Source: Podospora anserina (taxonomy: Eukaryota). From it: DNA of 64,000 nt. Shown here piece after piece: positions 12,074 to 25,135 of this stretch (position 1 is its first letter; the number at the start of each line of letters is the position of its first letter). Where the stretch lies: NCBI GenBank assembly GCA_017654855.1, contig CM030338.1:868001-932000 (forward strand), in the 5' to 3' direction. The notes beneath the pieces were generated by a model. It was not told the origin of the DNA, made no database searches, and saw only the letters and a list, made by a program, of their open reading frames with translations. The position numbers and the translations under genes were made by a program.

Positions 12074-15000
12074 ATGACCCCCCATAAGCCACAGAACAAG
12101 AACTCCGCATCTGCGTTGTATTTCTGCTGCGTGTTGTTCGGGCTTCTGCTGAGAGTCCATGGTTCTGCAAGCTGTGCCGTCTCGTTGCGTTTTATGGAAT
12201 CCCTTGGAAGTGGGGGAGAGTACAGGTGGTAATCAATTCCTGCAGGCGAATCAGGCAGTGAGTCGGTGGGTAAGTTTCAAAAACGGAGGGATATGGAGAT
12301 TGAAGGCTAGGTTTGTGGCAGCTCCCAACCTACTTGGTGGTGGTGATGCCGATGATGGTGTTGAACGTTGCCGATAATAGCGATCAGACCGACGATTGGC
12401 GAACCTGAGACGTCTCGTTACTAAACATCCCATCTTACTTACCCCGTCATCATGATCCAATCCCTCAATCACCGAATCGATGAGATGGAGAACTATCCGA
12501 AGAGTTGTGACCACACAAGCAAAGTCATATCATGAAAGCGTCAGCCTGTTCCGTGTGCCACTTACCACACTTCTCACCACACCACTGCACTCCTGCCACC
12601 ACTTTCTCTCGTACCTGCATATTGGTGAGATTCTCCAGCCGGGTGAACTTCCCCGAGTATCTCAACCTCTTATACGCGAGCTATAGCGAAAATGTTGCAA
12701 CTCCATGATAGATGTCGGGTAGGCAGGCTGTTGATCGGCACTTGCCACAGCCAACACCACCAAACAGAACAATGCCGGACCACGTCCGTCCCGCTACTGC
12801 CGCGTCAGCCAGCCCTGCCTTTCTTTTTTCTCCGCCAGGAGGATGGTTGTATGCTGACAGGAGGAAGTCATCAATGGAACCTCCCGTGAATAGCTGCGCA
12901 ACCACATACAGCCCCTGAAGACAGCATCCGAAGAACCTCATCCCCTGTTTTCCTTTGTCAACAAGAACATCACGTTATCACCTTCAGCCGCCCCTCCTGC
13001 TCCGCCAGACCTGCAAAGCCAACAAAGGCTCTTCGCATGAATTGCAGATCCGCCCACTTCCATGGATGTCAAAGAAGTAAGTCCGAGCAGTGCTTACAAT
13101 CCTTCAACTTACACCCCTTACCTTGGCTGTTTACCCACTTGTGATTTATCCCGTACATACACATATGTACGTTACCTTCCTACGGAGCACGCTCACTCAT
13201 ACGAGTTTGACCCAGCTGTCCATCATCCAGACAGATAACTATCCACTTCCTATCCAGTCAGATCACCACGTATCACCCCCCAATAACTGCCGTCCATCCA
13301 ATTGGCCCGGAGTCGTCTATAAATGCCCTGTCGTCCCCAGTCCCAATGGCCGGTCAGCATCATAGCAACTCGCACTACCGCGTAGACTACAACACAGAAA
13401 AGCGAAGAAACAACACAAAGACAGAAAAAAATACCCCCTTTCGGCTGCTGATACCACCCAACCCTCAAGATGTTTGGTCGTCCTTTTTCCCCCTCTAGAT
13501 CCCGCCTTTTCAGTCTTGGCTAGGTAGATGGTAACCCTTGTCCGCCCTATCGCTTGTGTGGGTTGTTGGTATCTGATCGCCGGCAGACGGAAACCGAGCA
13601 GCAAGCCAACGACAGGAAAGTGTTGTTTCTTTGCTTTTTCTTCTTCTGCTGTCATCAGTCTTCAAGGGTCCTCCTTCCTGCCGTTTTGGCACAGACTTTC
13701 TTGTCTCTCCTTCTGCCGTAAGCCCGCATAATTAACAGTCTTGGGTCTTCTTGGTAAACAAAAAAGCTGTCGGTTAAAACTGGCGTCAACCCTTTTCTTC
13801 GTTCCTGCGCCGGCCGGGGCGGAGACAAAAAAGTGAACTAGCTTTCCCTTGTCTAGCGATTGAGAACCTTGCTGGGTTACTGGCCCAATGGGGTCAGAAC
13901 CCAGCAGAATCCAGGGTCCTGGTTGGACACTACTGCTGTTCTGAAAAGGGTGGGGGGGGGGGGTTTCTCCTCTCCTCTCTCTCTCCACCACAAATGGAAA
14001 AAGCAGAAACGAATCGAAGCCAACAAGCTGCATGACTTGGCTCGTCCATTCGGGTGGATTTTGCTGCCATTTTCTTCTCTTTTTGGAGCAAAAATATCGC
14101 GAGAGAGGAGACCTATCTATCCCACGTTCCCTACCCTCGTGTAACTCGACCTGGCTAGTAGGGCGGTGCCGGCGTCGTTTGTGGAGCAAGACACCACGAG
14201 GGAAGCCAACAAAGACGCCAGCGAAGACCGCTCCGAGTCACCCTTCAACCACCCCATTGTCAGGGCTGTCCCTGTTTTGTTTGCCGATAGCACCTGTCAA
14301 GGGGTGTTTCATGCGGGCTACACAAAAAAAAAAGAAGGGCTGGCCCGGACCGCTGGGCTCAGCAAAGTGCCGCTGCTGCTGGTGAGACCATTCCCACGAG
14401 GTTGTAGAGTAGCGTATAAGGGGGCTGAACAGCATGTCAAACTTTCTGGCGGTATGTTTCGTCTGAATGCCCTAGGCTCCTCTTTTCGAACAAGGTTTGC
14501 TGTTGCTTTCGCACCGACAACAACAGACTCCTCTGTGATGAGACGGGACAGCCCCATCAAGACCTTTTGCGCTGCTCCTCAGTCACACCGCATCTCTTGT
14601 TATCAATGAATGCTGTGCCCTGCCGTTTTGAGTCCCGTGAGCAACAAGCAAGGCAAGGCAAGCAAATCACCACGACGCACTTGGGGGCCCCAGCACCAGG
14701 TCAAGTCAAGCCCCCGCTAAAAAGAAACGTTCCAAGCGCAGCAGTTGGCAGCAAGCAAAACCATCCAGGGTCGATCCTGCTGAGGTAATTCTTTTCTGCT
14801 ATGCGGGAGCTTTGAGCTCTTTGGCGGAGTCCTCTGTGTATCCCTACCGGAAGCGCTGCCGGGGGGAGTTACTACCGGAAAGCTTGGGCTGGAGATGTCA
14901 CTCTGAACCCCGCTTCGAGCCGAAGTCCTCTGGTTGTTGTTGTTGGAGAGAGTACCTAGAAACAGACCACATCCTGCGGTCAGCAAAAAAAGCCTTCAAA

Positions 15001-18000
15001 AAAAGAAAAAAATGTCAAAAGATAGAGAAAAAGATAGCAAAGGATCCACCGGCCAAGACAAGGAACAGTCTTCCATCATGCAAACGTCGGGCTTGTCTCT
15101 CTCCCAGCGCGCTGCAGAACCGGACTCTGGGGACGCTTCCATCTCGCGTGGTGGTGGCCGCAGAGTTGGCCGGCCGTCAAAGCTTCCCCCCCTCTCTCAC
15201 ATCTCCCACCCCCGGCCGTCGAGTTCAAGCCCCGAAAAACCAAGACACGGAACTGTGGGGTGGCCTTCCCCTCGGACCCTGTCCTTGCAAACACCTGGTG
15301 TGCCCCAAACGCTTCGGCAGAAGTTGCAAGAGGAGAGAAAACCGAGAAAGACGTACAGAAAAAGGAAGAGGATTTCGTGGGATTCGTGGTTTGACAGCGG
15401 AACCGTTCAACTGGTTGATGAATGGAGCTCTCCGCTCCGTAGCGTACCGACGTTGTTAAGAATCAGGAACTATGTGCAGCAAAGAGTTAAAAAAAATTGT
15501 TAGCACCTTACCAATCAGGAAGTTGGAAGGGGTTGCAGTAGTCTGCAGCTAAGCTTCTCCGGCCCCTGTGCATCATTGTCTCCATCAACTGCTTTGCGAT
15601 CTGCTTCTTCTTGATGAACCTCCGAGGCATTTGAAAAACCCCATCCTCGGTTTACATGTGGTTCGACTGTTTTGCATCTGTCGTTGTTGAAGAGGTAAGG
15701 AGGGCAGCTTCACACCATCATCGCCCTTCCATCCGTTGACAAAACGGTCGGCGGCGGGGACAGTCGGCCAGAGATCGGAGTGTTTCCCTTGCTCTGCCGT
15801 TGAGCGCCGCCTGGTGCCGCCTTGGCCATTTGACAACCTCACTTGTCCCTGCTCCTTGGAAAGCCAGACGCGTGGACAGGGGACTCCACTGCGGTCCACC
15901 GAGCTGACCGCTCAAAGGTTCGCGACAAGTTGCTAGCGATATGGAGATGTCACCATGTCATCCACCAGCCTCGAAAGCCAGATCTGACGATGAAAGAGAC
16001 AACGGCCTTTTTGGATCTCGCGATTCTAGTCCACCCGGACAGGGCTGTGATATTGGTTCGCCAATGAATTCCCCTGCCCGGGCCTGCGAGTAAACCGTCG
16101 CATTCTCCATCGCAGCTGCCACCTCGTCTCCTCGCGAGTCTTGATAGGTTGCAAGTATTCACACACCTCATCCTCGATTGCCGTGAGGTTGTGGGGTGTT
16201 CCCTACTCTTGTGTGCCGGACGAACTGTGGGCACGAAACAGCCAGTCAAGCCAGCAAAGTCCCTGTTTCGGTCTCAGACACTGGCAGCCCCGATGTCTCG
16301 CTGTTTCCACCCCATTTGTAAATAGTTGGGTCTGCATCTTCTTGGTGCCTCCAAGTGTAACACTATTATGTTTGGTGAAGCGAATTGGCCTTACGTGAAT
16401 AAACTCGCCGAGGTTGTTGTCCCAAGCAAGATTGGAGCTGCATGTACATACGAGCAAAGCTTCCCGTTTCCCACTTTGACGAACCAAGTCATTTTTCATT
16501 GGCCATGGGATGGGCATGAACTTGAAGTGGAGTGGGTAGTTTGTCCCGTTTCGAAACGGAAGTCGTCATCGTGTTTCTTGCTCGCTGCTGTCGATGATGG
16601 TGTTGCGTTCTTTGGTTCGGGCCCATGCACTTCCAAAGAGCCCAGGCTTGGTCGAATTCCTGATGGTGGGTTAATATGCCATTCCGCATCAGTTGGCAGC
16701 AACCGCAACCCCCCATTGTGCCTGTTGTCTTGACCGGTTATTGTATCGTGCAGTGTCTGCGACCTTTCTCAAGCAAATATATGGGCAAGCTCGCCAACCA
16801 AATCTCAGCACAGCTCGACTTCAACTCCAATATGCATGACGTATCGCAGATCATGTCCAAAACTGGTGATTTAGCCTCGTGTTTGAAGTTTGGAACTTCT
16901 TCACTCCCCATCAGGCCCCTATCAGGAGAACCTCGGGTCAGCAAGCCTTGGCCAGCCGTCAACTGAAGATCAGAAGTCGAACGAGAGCGAAACCGCCCTT
17001 ATCATGCTGGCCATGGCTGGGCCCGAGGTCTTTTCTGCAGGTACGGCCGCAAGCAAGGACACGCAGATGGGGGGTTCTGCAGGGGCCACCCCGCCAGCTT
17101 TCCCGCCCCTGGACCACCGCCAGCCTTCCCCGTTGGAGAAATCATGCCCCGGCTTGACGTTAGTGTGCAGAAAGGAAGCCCGACCGGCTGGGTTTAGCCC
17201 CTTTTGGTCATGGTTCGTGGCATGCAGGGGCTGCGGCTGACACGGTTGATTTCCCGCGATCCAACCAGAATCAAGCCTCGAACGCGGGTGGGTGCAGCGA
17301 CTTGGGCTTCCAGAACAGGGACGCAATTCGGTCATCGGTGTGTCGTGAGGAAGAAGCAGTGAGCCACCACCACAGATAGTGATATCAGTTGCGCTCCACG
17401 GCTACATGATTGATAATGTCTGTCTCTCGCCGTCCTGCCAAGTTCCCCGACGACACGATGCATATGTGTGACATGCCGGTGTGCGAGATGATATGTTCGG
17501 TCTCCGTGGACAAAGGTCTTCTGCAACAGAAGTCCGGCGCGGCTGTTCCGTGCCCTTGGTAACGCACGGCTGGTAGCCAACCCAACGCTGTTGTGATCTA
17601 GATAGTTTGTTGTGGCTTGCGTCTTGTAACCTCCCAACGTCCAGCTCCCGAATCCCTCCTGTGAAGGACATCCGGTGCATAGAGGAATGAGAATTTTAGC
17701 TGTCTTTCCGGCCGAGAACGGCACCGTCTCGAACATGTTCTGTTTTTCCCGGATTCGTGCCCATCCATCAGCCCGTCAGCGGCACCTTCCCGGTCTGTTG
17801 GTCGACTGAAACGCGGTTGGTTATCGACCTCAAATAGCCTGATGACGAGCATATGCTGTCAAAGATATGCGATGATATGTGCCTATACCACGGGCCGATT
17901 TGAGTCGCTTTCCCGGATCAGTGGCCAGACAGGCCCCAAAAACCAGCGTTGGCACTGGCCATCGACAATAACTTTGTACAAGTGATGGTTGGATCTTCAA

Positions 18001-21000
18001 AAGTAGGTGGACGATAGGATAGAAATCCAACCCCGCCGTTTCTAATCCCAGCTTACCGGGACTGGCAGTGGTCCCTGGGAAAGGCTGTTTTTGCACGCCA
18101 TTGGCGATGGGCCTTGCGACTCGATGGTAGGTTTTTATTGGCCAATGGTTAGCTGTCAGGGAATCCATTGGCAACAAAAGTTCGTTCGGCGGAATTCGTA
18201 GAATCGCGTTCCGTTTTGAATGGATGGCCTATGACAGTGCCTCCCGGGACTCCCGTTGTGTCGTACAGCACGAGCTCCTACTGGTGGTAGCTATCAGTAT
18301 GCTGTGGCCTTCCCACGGCACGGTGGCAGACTTGTTGCTGTGCTTTTTTCGAAACTAGTACTTTTGTCTCCCAAGAGCAGAACAAAACTTCCCGATGCAT
18401 CGAATTCCAGGGGAAGTGCCTCCTGTCAGCTTGTTAGCCAAATGACCACGGACAACAGCATCGATAGCGTGGGGATAGCGTGGAGATGTGCCTCACGGTC
18501 CACACCAACACCCAAAATTCTTTCAGCCGTTCAAAGCAGAGCAATAAAACGGCGGTTGGCGGTCTAGAAAAAAATAACGGGTTCCGGAGCGCTGGATCCT
18601 CTCATTACGGTCTACCCCGTAGCGGTTCCATCCAGAAACCCAAAGAACAATAAAACGGTCGACGGTTGAGTTAGTGTCGGAAAGCACTTCCGCCTTGTTT
18701 CGCTTTTAGCCGGACTTTTGCTTAGTCTGCAACACCTTCTCGAGAATTGTTGCTTGATCATTGGGTTGTCGGCCGTGTTTTCGAATTGATGAGCAGCCAT
18801 CAGATGCCTTGGATGACGAGTCGAGAGTTTGAAGCAATCATTCTCTACCCGTAAGGTAGCTGATAGATAGTGGTGCGAAATAGCATGTGGAGAGTGGGGG
18901 TTAGGTGAGCTAAAGTTTCCAACTTGACAGGAACAGGAAGGCACTGGGCCTGTCTCCCCATAGTGAACCCTGGAGCCACAGGGCTGTTCGACCTGCCCAA
19001 AGCAGGACTCAAACCAACACCAAGAAGCATCCCGGACATTACCTTGCAAGGAATTCATGCATCACCCAATGGGCCGGCTCCTTCAAAGTCGATCCGCGGC
19101 GCAAGCCAACAACGAAACGCCGATCCGTATATTGCAGAGCGAGCACAGTTCGACATTTGTTTGTCAGACCACCGCCATACCTGCTGCTAGAGTAGGCCCT
19201 GCTATGGGAACTGGCGATAGCATCACAGTGAAGACGGGACGGGAGTCATGATTGACCAAGCCAGACAGACGATGGACCCCTTCCCCGGAGCTAGAAAAGC
19301 CGCTCGTGATCGGGCCGCTGGGTCGATCAGCCGTCTTACCTAGAATTCCTCGGGAAATCACATTCCTCAAACTCTTCAACCCCGCTCGTCAACACAAGCC
19401 AAGGTCTACTATACACCATGGCTTTCGGCCTCATCGCACCTCCTCCGACAGACATGTGAGCTATCGCGGCTTTTGTCTGTTTCAAACATCAACGAGCAGC
19501 ACATGATGTCGCCGTTGCGACCGCAATGAACATGCGGCAGTCCAAGACTTGCCGGCATACATCTGCTGCACATGCTCGACAGCTCTGGCGAATCATTTTC
19601 ACGAGGGCTAAATTTATCGTTACCCTGCCCCGGACCCAGCACGGAAGCTTGCCTACAGAAACAACACGCACGACACGCTCGAGGTTGTATTGTGCCGAGT
19701 CTTTTGCATGAGACAAGTCGTCTGAAAGCCGCGTGGAATATCTTTCACACAACCACTGTGAACACACACACCTCTCTGTCCCCTCCCTCCCGTCCGGGCA
19801 AACAATGGTCATTCAGATACATCCAGATATCCACCCTCACACCACCGCCGGGCAGTAAGCACCGTGTCGTAGGAGCTGAACAACCCTTCCGTGGTCTTTC
19901 TGGACCGCTCTCGCTTCTTTTCGCTTCCGTATATTCAGCATGTCGTCGACCCAGGGACGGCCCATGTGAGCCGTACGCCGACGGCAGTACTGTCGGTTTT
20001 ATATTGAGCCGTACTGCAACCTTAGCGCATGCTCCTGCTTCTCCCTGTTCCTGTCAGCTGTCACTCAGCATCGCACCCGGGTCCCCAAATACAGGGCCAT
20101 GCTCTCGAGTTGTCGTTGCTTGATGAATTACATCTAAAAAGCTTCGGCCGTTTCCTGATCAGTCGCCCGTTGTCTGAGCAGTTCCGTCCGCCTGCCCAGA
20201 GCCCATGCCTCGGCTTATCCCGATGTCTGAGACAACGGAAGGCCACGCTGAAGAGTGCGGGGCCGAAGAAACACACGTCTGGCTTCCAAGTTTCTTCATG
20301 GATGAGGGCGTATCTGGAGATGACGATGATCGTCAGTGGATAGGAAGCCAGAGAGGCTAACAATCGCCTACGCCGTCGCCGTGATCCTCACCGTTTTGTG
20401 GCACAGTCCATGCAACAAACCACCAGCGTTTTCCCAGCAGGTTCTCGGTCCCTAACGGTGGGCACTAGCAGACACACACCGTCGGGTCGGCGGGGTGCAG
20501 CTATCGACACCCTTCACCCTCCACCACCCCTCCCCTGAAAGCTCCAGAATCTTTTGTTGACAGGGAGCCCCCTGGAAAGCGGGACGACGAAGCCACGGCA
20601 CCCTCGCCATTGGCGCCGCTGGCTCCCAGCAACGCAAGATCCCAAGTGCATTGCGAGGAGCTGCCAGGATGGGAAATCACTCTTGGGTCCCGTCTCTGGA
20701 GAATTAATATATGGGGACCCCGGAGCTGTCCATCCCCCACAATTGAGTGGTTTCCGGCTCTCTCTCTCTAAAAATAATACGTCTCCAACTTCCCGACTGC
20801 TTTCCCCAGGCGTCGACGTCGACGACTTGTCACTCCTTTCCCGTCACATCGCATTGCATCGTTGTTAGTTTTGCAAACCGCCCTGGACGCGTTCCCCCTT
20901 CGTCGACGTCTCGCATCACGACTTCGCCACCACCCACTACCATCTCACCACCAAAGCATAACGCATAAACACCCAGTCAAAGGTCTCCACTCGCTCGCCC

Positions 21001-21166
21001 ATCACCCGTCCAATCACCACGGCATATCAACCATTCAGACGAAACTACCAAACAGAGGATCAGGGAGATCGAGAAAGCGCAGAGTCCAGCTGACAGACGT
21101 CAGTTGACAAGAAAAGTACAGCCGTTGAACCAGAAACCAACAGGAATACCAACACCACCGCCCACC

Positions 21167-23635
21167 ATGCAGATGTGGGCGGTTTCTCAGCTTCCGGTGT
21201 ACGCGGTCGACAAGAGCTCGGGGTCCCGGCAGAAGGTGGACAAGCAGTTGAAGGATGAGAGGACAGAATCAGCGCCGCCGCCACCACCTGTCGTGCTACC
21301 AGTCCCGGCTTCCGCTGATGTAACGCCTTGGGATCATGTCGACGTTCCCATGGACCAGAGTCTGGAGAGCTTTCTCGGACCTGCCATCGATGCGCCACCA
21401 TCACCGGAGAGTATTCGCAGACAGATGCAGCGAGCGTCGGTTCGAGACAAGCACCAAAGCCACTCCTCCGGCTCGTCTTCGTTGCGGTCTCTTACTTCGG
21501 CGGATAGACCTTCGTGGGAGAATGTTCTCGAGGCTAGGACGTTGTCGCGGAAATCATCAGGCCGGTCAACATCGAGCAGCATGCCGTCGAAGGATCGCCC
21601 CGAGAGCGTGCAGTTCTTTAGCAAATCGCTTTTCAACCGGAGAGGAAGACTAAGACGCGAAAGCAGCGCCCAGAGCTCGGCAGCAAACTCGGTGTATTCG
21701 GGAGAGGGTGGTTCAGAATCTTTGCTCTTGCCTCCTCCTCCGACATCGATGCCTAGTCGGGACTCGAGCATTCCATCCTTGTTCGGGCTGCGTCGTGGTT
21801 CAAGAGCGGATACCAACGATGCCTCCCGCAAGATCCAGATCTCCGGCCCCTATAACTTCCAACACGTAACGCATACTCAGAAGGACCACCTGCCCGACCT
21901 GCAGCGGACAAATCGACAAGCGTTGGCCTCCGAGTTTTCCCAAGTTCGTGCCTCGCAAGCGCCTCCCACTGGTGCGCTGAAGGGGATCAGGGCGGATGAT
22001 TTGCACTTCAATGACTTCTCATCCGACTCACTTCCTCTCGGTGACGATGATGGGATGGGGGTTTTGACCGAAGAGTTGGCAAGGAGCACGTTGACCCGAC
22101 CTCCATCGGGTATCATGAAGCGTTCTCCACGTCGCCTCCTCAAGCGCTCGCAATCGCAAGATCACCTAGGCATGATTCCACCGCCACGTCCCCCAAGGTC
22201 TCCCATTGAGAGCAATACACCATATCCCCCTCTTCCACCCCCTCGCGTTTCCAGCCGCATGTCTTCTCGGCACGAGCGGCTCGACTCCATGGACAGGCCA
22301 AACACCAGCTTCCGTTACCCCCAGCCGTTCTCACAGATCGTGGAGGCTGGGAGCCCGCCACCAACCTCGTCTGGCTATGTTCCTGGGCCAGACATGGGCG
22401 TCATTCCCGAGCACATCTCTGCGCACATCAGAAGCCCTTCTGGCGACGCCAACTGGCCGCTGCCCTCCCCGAGCGCCAATGCATCAGAGTTCACCTTGCC
22501 GGATGTGCCAGAGGAGGAAGAGAGTGCGTTTGTGGCCAAGAAGTCGCGGGCTAGCGTTGCCAGCAACTCGTCGCTGCGTGGAAGCCAATCGGTGCCGATG
22601 CTTAGGGCGTTCTCCATTCGGAACAACGATGACGCTGACCGTCGGGAAAGCCAAGCGTCGGAGACGTTGGGCCGGTTCGATCTGATTGCCGCGCAACGTG
22701 CTCTCGAGGCTGTCTTGAACGAGGGCACCGACGGCATCTACAGAGACAACTGGGAGGATGATATTGACTATTGCTACGAGCATGCGGCCGAGGCAGACTG
22801 TGATTATGAGTGGCAGCGGCCGTCCTTCGAGCTCAGCCGAGATAGTGCCACGCCCGTAGATGACAATGACCGCCGTATCGACTCTTGCGATGTCTCCCCC
22901 ACCATGCTTTCAGTGGCGCGGTTCAACGTGCCCGCTTTGAGTCCCGTCAGCCCACTGTCTCCCACTGCTCACGAGGCCGTCACACCGGTCACGGGCTCCA
23001 ACCCCAGCGCTTCCAACTTTTCGCTTCCCCTGGCCGAGCCAAAGCGTCTGCTTCATGTTAGAAAGCCATCGGATGCGTCAAGCTTCAAAGAGTGCCATGG
23101 TTTCACTCTGTCTCCGTCACTCTTGATTCCCATGGATTTCCAGCAGCAAATGCTGGCTTGTGAAGCTGAGGAGGACGAGCACCACGATGTTGCCCTGCGC
23201 GACTCGCACCGCTATCGGACGAGTGCCTCCACGACAGGCACCTACGAGAGCGCCCACTCGGGCTTTGGGAAGCACATCTCTGCCGCTTCCACCATGACCG
23301 ACTTCACGCAGTTGACCCCCAGCACGACCTCATTGGACTTGGACAACTATCCACTGAAGCCAGAGGCATTCCCTACGCTTGAGTCAGGTGCCATGCCGAC
23401 TCTTCCCGAGTCCGAGGAGGTGACCAGGCCCACCGGTCGCCGTCGGGAGTTCAGGAGCCGCGGCAGCGAGTCGAACCTCTTGCATCTGGCCACCGAGGAG
23501 ACGTGGCCAGCGAAGACCAAGAGCTTCGTGCAAGCCAAGCGTGGGCGCGCAAGGACAACCAGTCTCAGCACCCCCCCTCCTCCTAACCAATATACGCTCT
23601 TCCCGTCGGTTCAACTGACGGGGAACCGCATCTAA
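21167..23635 (+). CDS. CRIB/PBD-containing, kinase-less putative Cdc42/Rac effector
   Basis: Single long ORF; first in-frame ATG at 21167 (CACCATG). CRIB consensus ISGPYNFQHVTH. The rest is S/P/R-rich with no kinase motifs. Confidence 0.8.
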   Translation: MQMWAVSQLPVYAVDKSSGSRQKVDKQLKDERTESAPPPPPVVLPVPASADVTPWDHVDVPMDQSLESFLGPAIDAPPSPESIRRQMQRASVRDKHQSHSSGSSSLRSLTSADRPSWENVLEARTLSRKSSGRSTSSSMPSKDRPESVQFFSKSLFNRRGRLRRESSAQSSAANSVYSGEGGSESLLLPPPPTSMPSRDSSIPSLFGLRRGSRADTNDASRKIQISGPYNFQHVTHTQKDHLPDLQRTNRQALASEFSQVRASQAPPTGALKGIRADDLHFNDFSSDSLPLGDDDGMGVLTEELARSTLTRPPSGIMKRSPRRLLKRSQSQDHLGMIPPPRPPRSPIESNTPYPPLPPPRVSSRMSSRHERLDSMDRPNTSFRYPQPFSQIVEAGSPPPTSSGYVPGPDMGVIPEHISAHIRSPSGDANWPLPSPSANASEFTLPDVPEEEESAFVAKKSRASVASNSSLRGSQSVPMLRAFSIRNNDDADRRESQASETLGRFDLIAAQRALEAVLNEGTDGIYRDNWEDDIDYCYEHAAEADCDYEWQRPSFELSRDSATPVDDNDRRIDSCDVSPTMLSVARFNVPALSPVSPLSPTAHEAVTPVTGSNPSASNFSLPLAEPKRLLHVRKPSDASSFKECHGFTLSPSLLIPMDFQQQMLACEAEEDEHHDVALRDSHRYRTSASTTGTYESAHSGFGKHISAASTMTDFTQLTPSTTSLDLDNYPLKPEAFPTLESGAMPTLPESEEVTRPTGRRREFRSRGSESNLLHLATEETWPAKTKSFVQAKRGRARTTSLSTPPPPNQYTLFPSVQLTGNRI

Positions 23636-24783
23636 AACATATCAATATATACCCACACACATATATACGTACACATACCTCTTCAAGAATGTACCACCAA
23701 GTACCTCGTCCGACACCAGAGATTACCATCGCAGCGGTCTCTGCCACCACATTTTTCTTTGTCTTGTCATATTACTGTTATACTACCAAGCATTTCGTGA
23801 GCGGATTGAATCATAGAGTTGGGTTTTGTTTGGATCTTATTTGGCTCATCATCATTAAGGCTGGGCAGGGAAGAGAAAAAAGGAGTTTACCTGTTTGGGG
23901 GAGGCGATCTGTTGTCACATCTACCTACCTCGCTTTTCCTTATCTGTATCTTTCGCTCTCTCATTTAACATCTCTTTTCTTTGGTTCGGTTTGGAAAGAG
24001 AAAAAACTCTGAATGTCCCCTCGAACTACGAGGGGAGTGCGGGCTCAGACGGCCCATCTGTTTTCTTTATTTGGTCATATTTCTTTTCTTTCTGTCTTCA
24101 TCATCGTCATTTCCATCAAGAAGGGCAAAGGGGGTATATGGTGGTTACATATGGGAATGTGCTGGCGGACAGCAAAGAGGGCGGTACCCTTCTGCTTGTT
24201 TCCCAGTGTGTTCATACCCCAGCGGCAGGAAGGGGAGAGCATGGAATGGTTGGAATGATGAGATGACGGGTATGACGATGATTACTTTGGAAAGAGAAAA
24301 GTTGTACAGGGGAAGGGGCGGAAAAGAAAGCCAAACAGATAAAGCCCTGTGCTGGAGAAGTGGCATGGCAAGAATGATTAAGGGAAAGGGGTTGAAATAG
24401 TTACCGATTTTGCCCGTTCATCTTTGTCTTCATACTTGGCTTCTGCTTCTTGTGGTTTTGTTCTTGGAGGGAAAGGGGGCACATAGAGGTGTATCTAATC
24501 AGCCTCATGCTTGAGCATTGAACAGAAATTTGAAAACAAAACGATTGAAAAGGGAACGTGATGCATGACATCATTATAGCTTGAATGAAGCTGCAACACT
24601 ACCTACCTACCTAGGTACCTACCTTATGCACTATAAAGAGGTGATGCTGCGTGAAGTGATCTTGATGCTTATGTAACCCTGGGTGAGAGGGCTCAGGTGG
24701 TGAGGTGGAGCTTGCGTCGTCATATTCTTGGCAGGCTCTGGGCTGTGCCTCACATCGCTCCAAGCTTGTGTTCGGCCCACCCT

Positions 24784-24826
24784 CCACCACAACCACTACC
24801 ACCACCACCACCACCACCACCACCAC
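24784..24826 (+). repeat. (ACC)n trinucleotide microsatellite upstream of the sorting nexin gene
   Basis: ccaccacaaccactaccaccaccaccacc... about 14 imperfect units. Confidence 0.9.
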
Positions 24827-25135
24827 TGTACTCCTCGGTAGCAGCCACACGCAGCCCTTAACACATTTGACTTCTGCTGTCTTTGCATGAAAAACGCCGA
24901 CAAAAATCATCTCTGAGCCTTTTGTGAACACGTCTTGTCCATAACCACCACCTCGTGCCCCCCTGCTCAACTGTCGCAAACCTCCACGATCAATCCCTGC
25001 CCTCGTCTGCCCCGCAGACAAGTAGCTGTTGGCTTTCGCAGTGCTGTGATCCCGGTGAGCTTGCGCCAGCTGCCCTTTCACGTTGCCCACCACCCTTCTC
25101 ATCCCTTCCAGCACCGCAGTGCGTGACGCCGAGCC

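Noticed and set aside
12051..12095. ACATA..GACC..ATA resembling a dispersed 5S rRNA 5' end
   Set aside because: It is a TACA microsatellite; the rest of the 5S sequence is absent.
11797..12941. Possible spliced or pseudogenised minus-strand gene (short ORFs, GTAAGT donors, one in-frame TAG at 12681)
   Set aside because: Branch-acceptor spacing is poor, the chain terminates quickly and I recognise no homology. It needs tblastx/RNA-seq.
24598..24624. ACCTACCTACCTAGGTACCTACCT quasi-palindrome
   Set aside because: Simple (ACCT)n repeat; no partner terminal repeat or transposase nearby.
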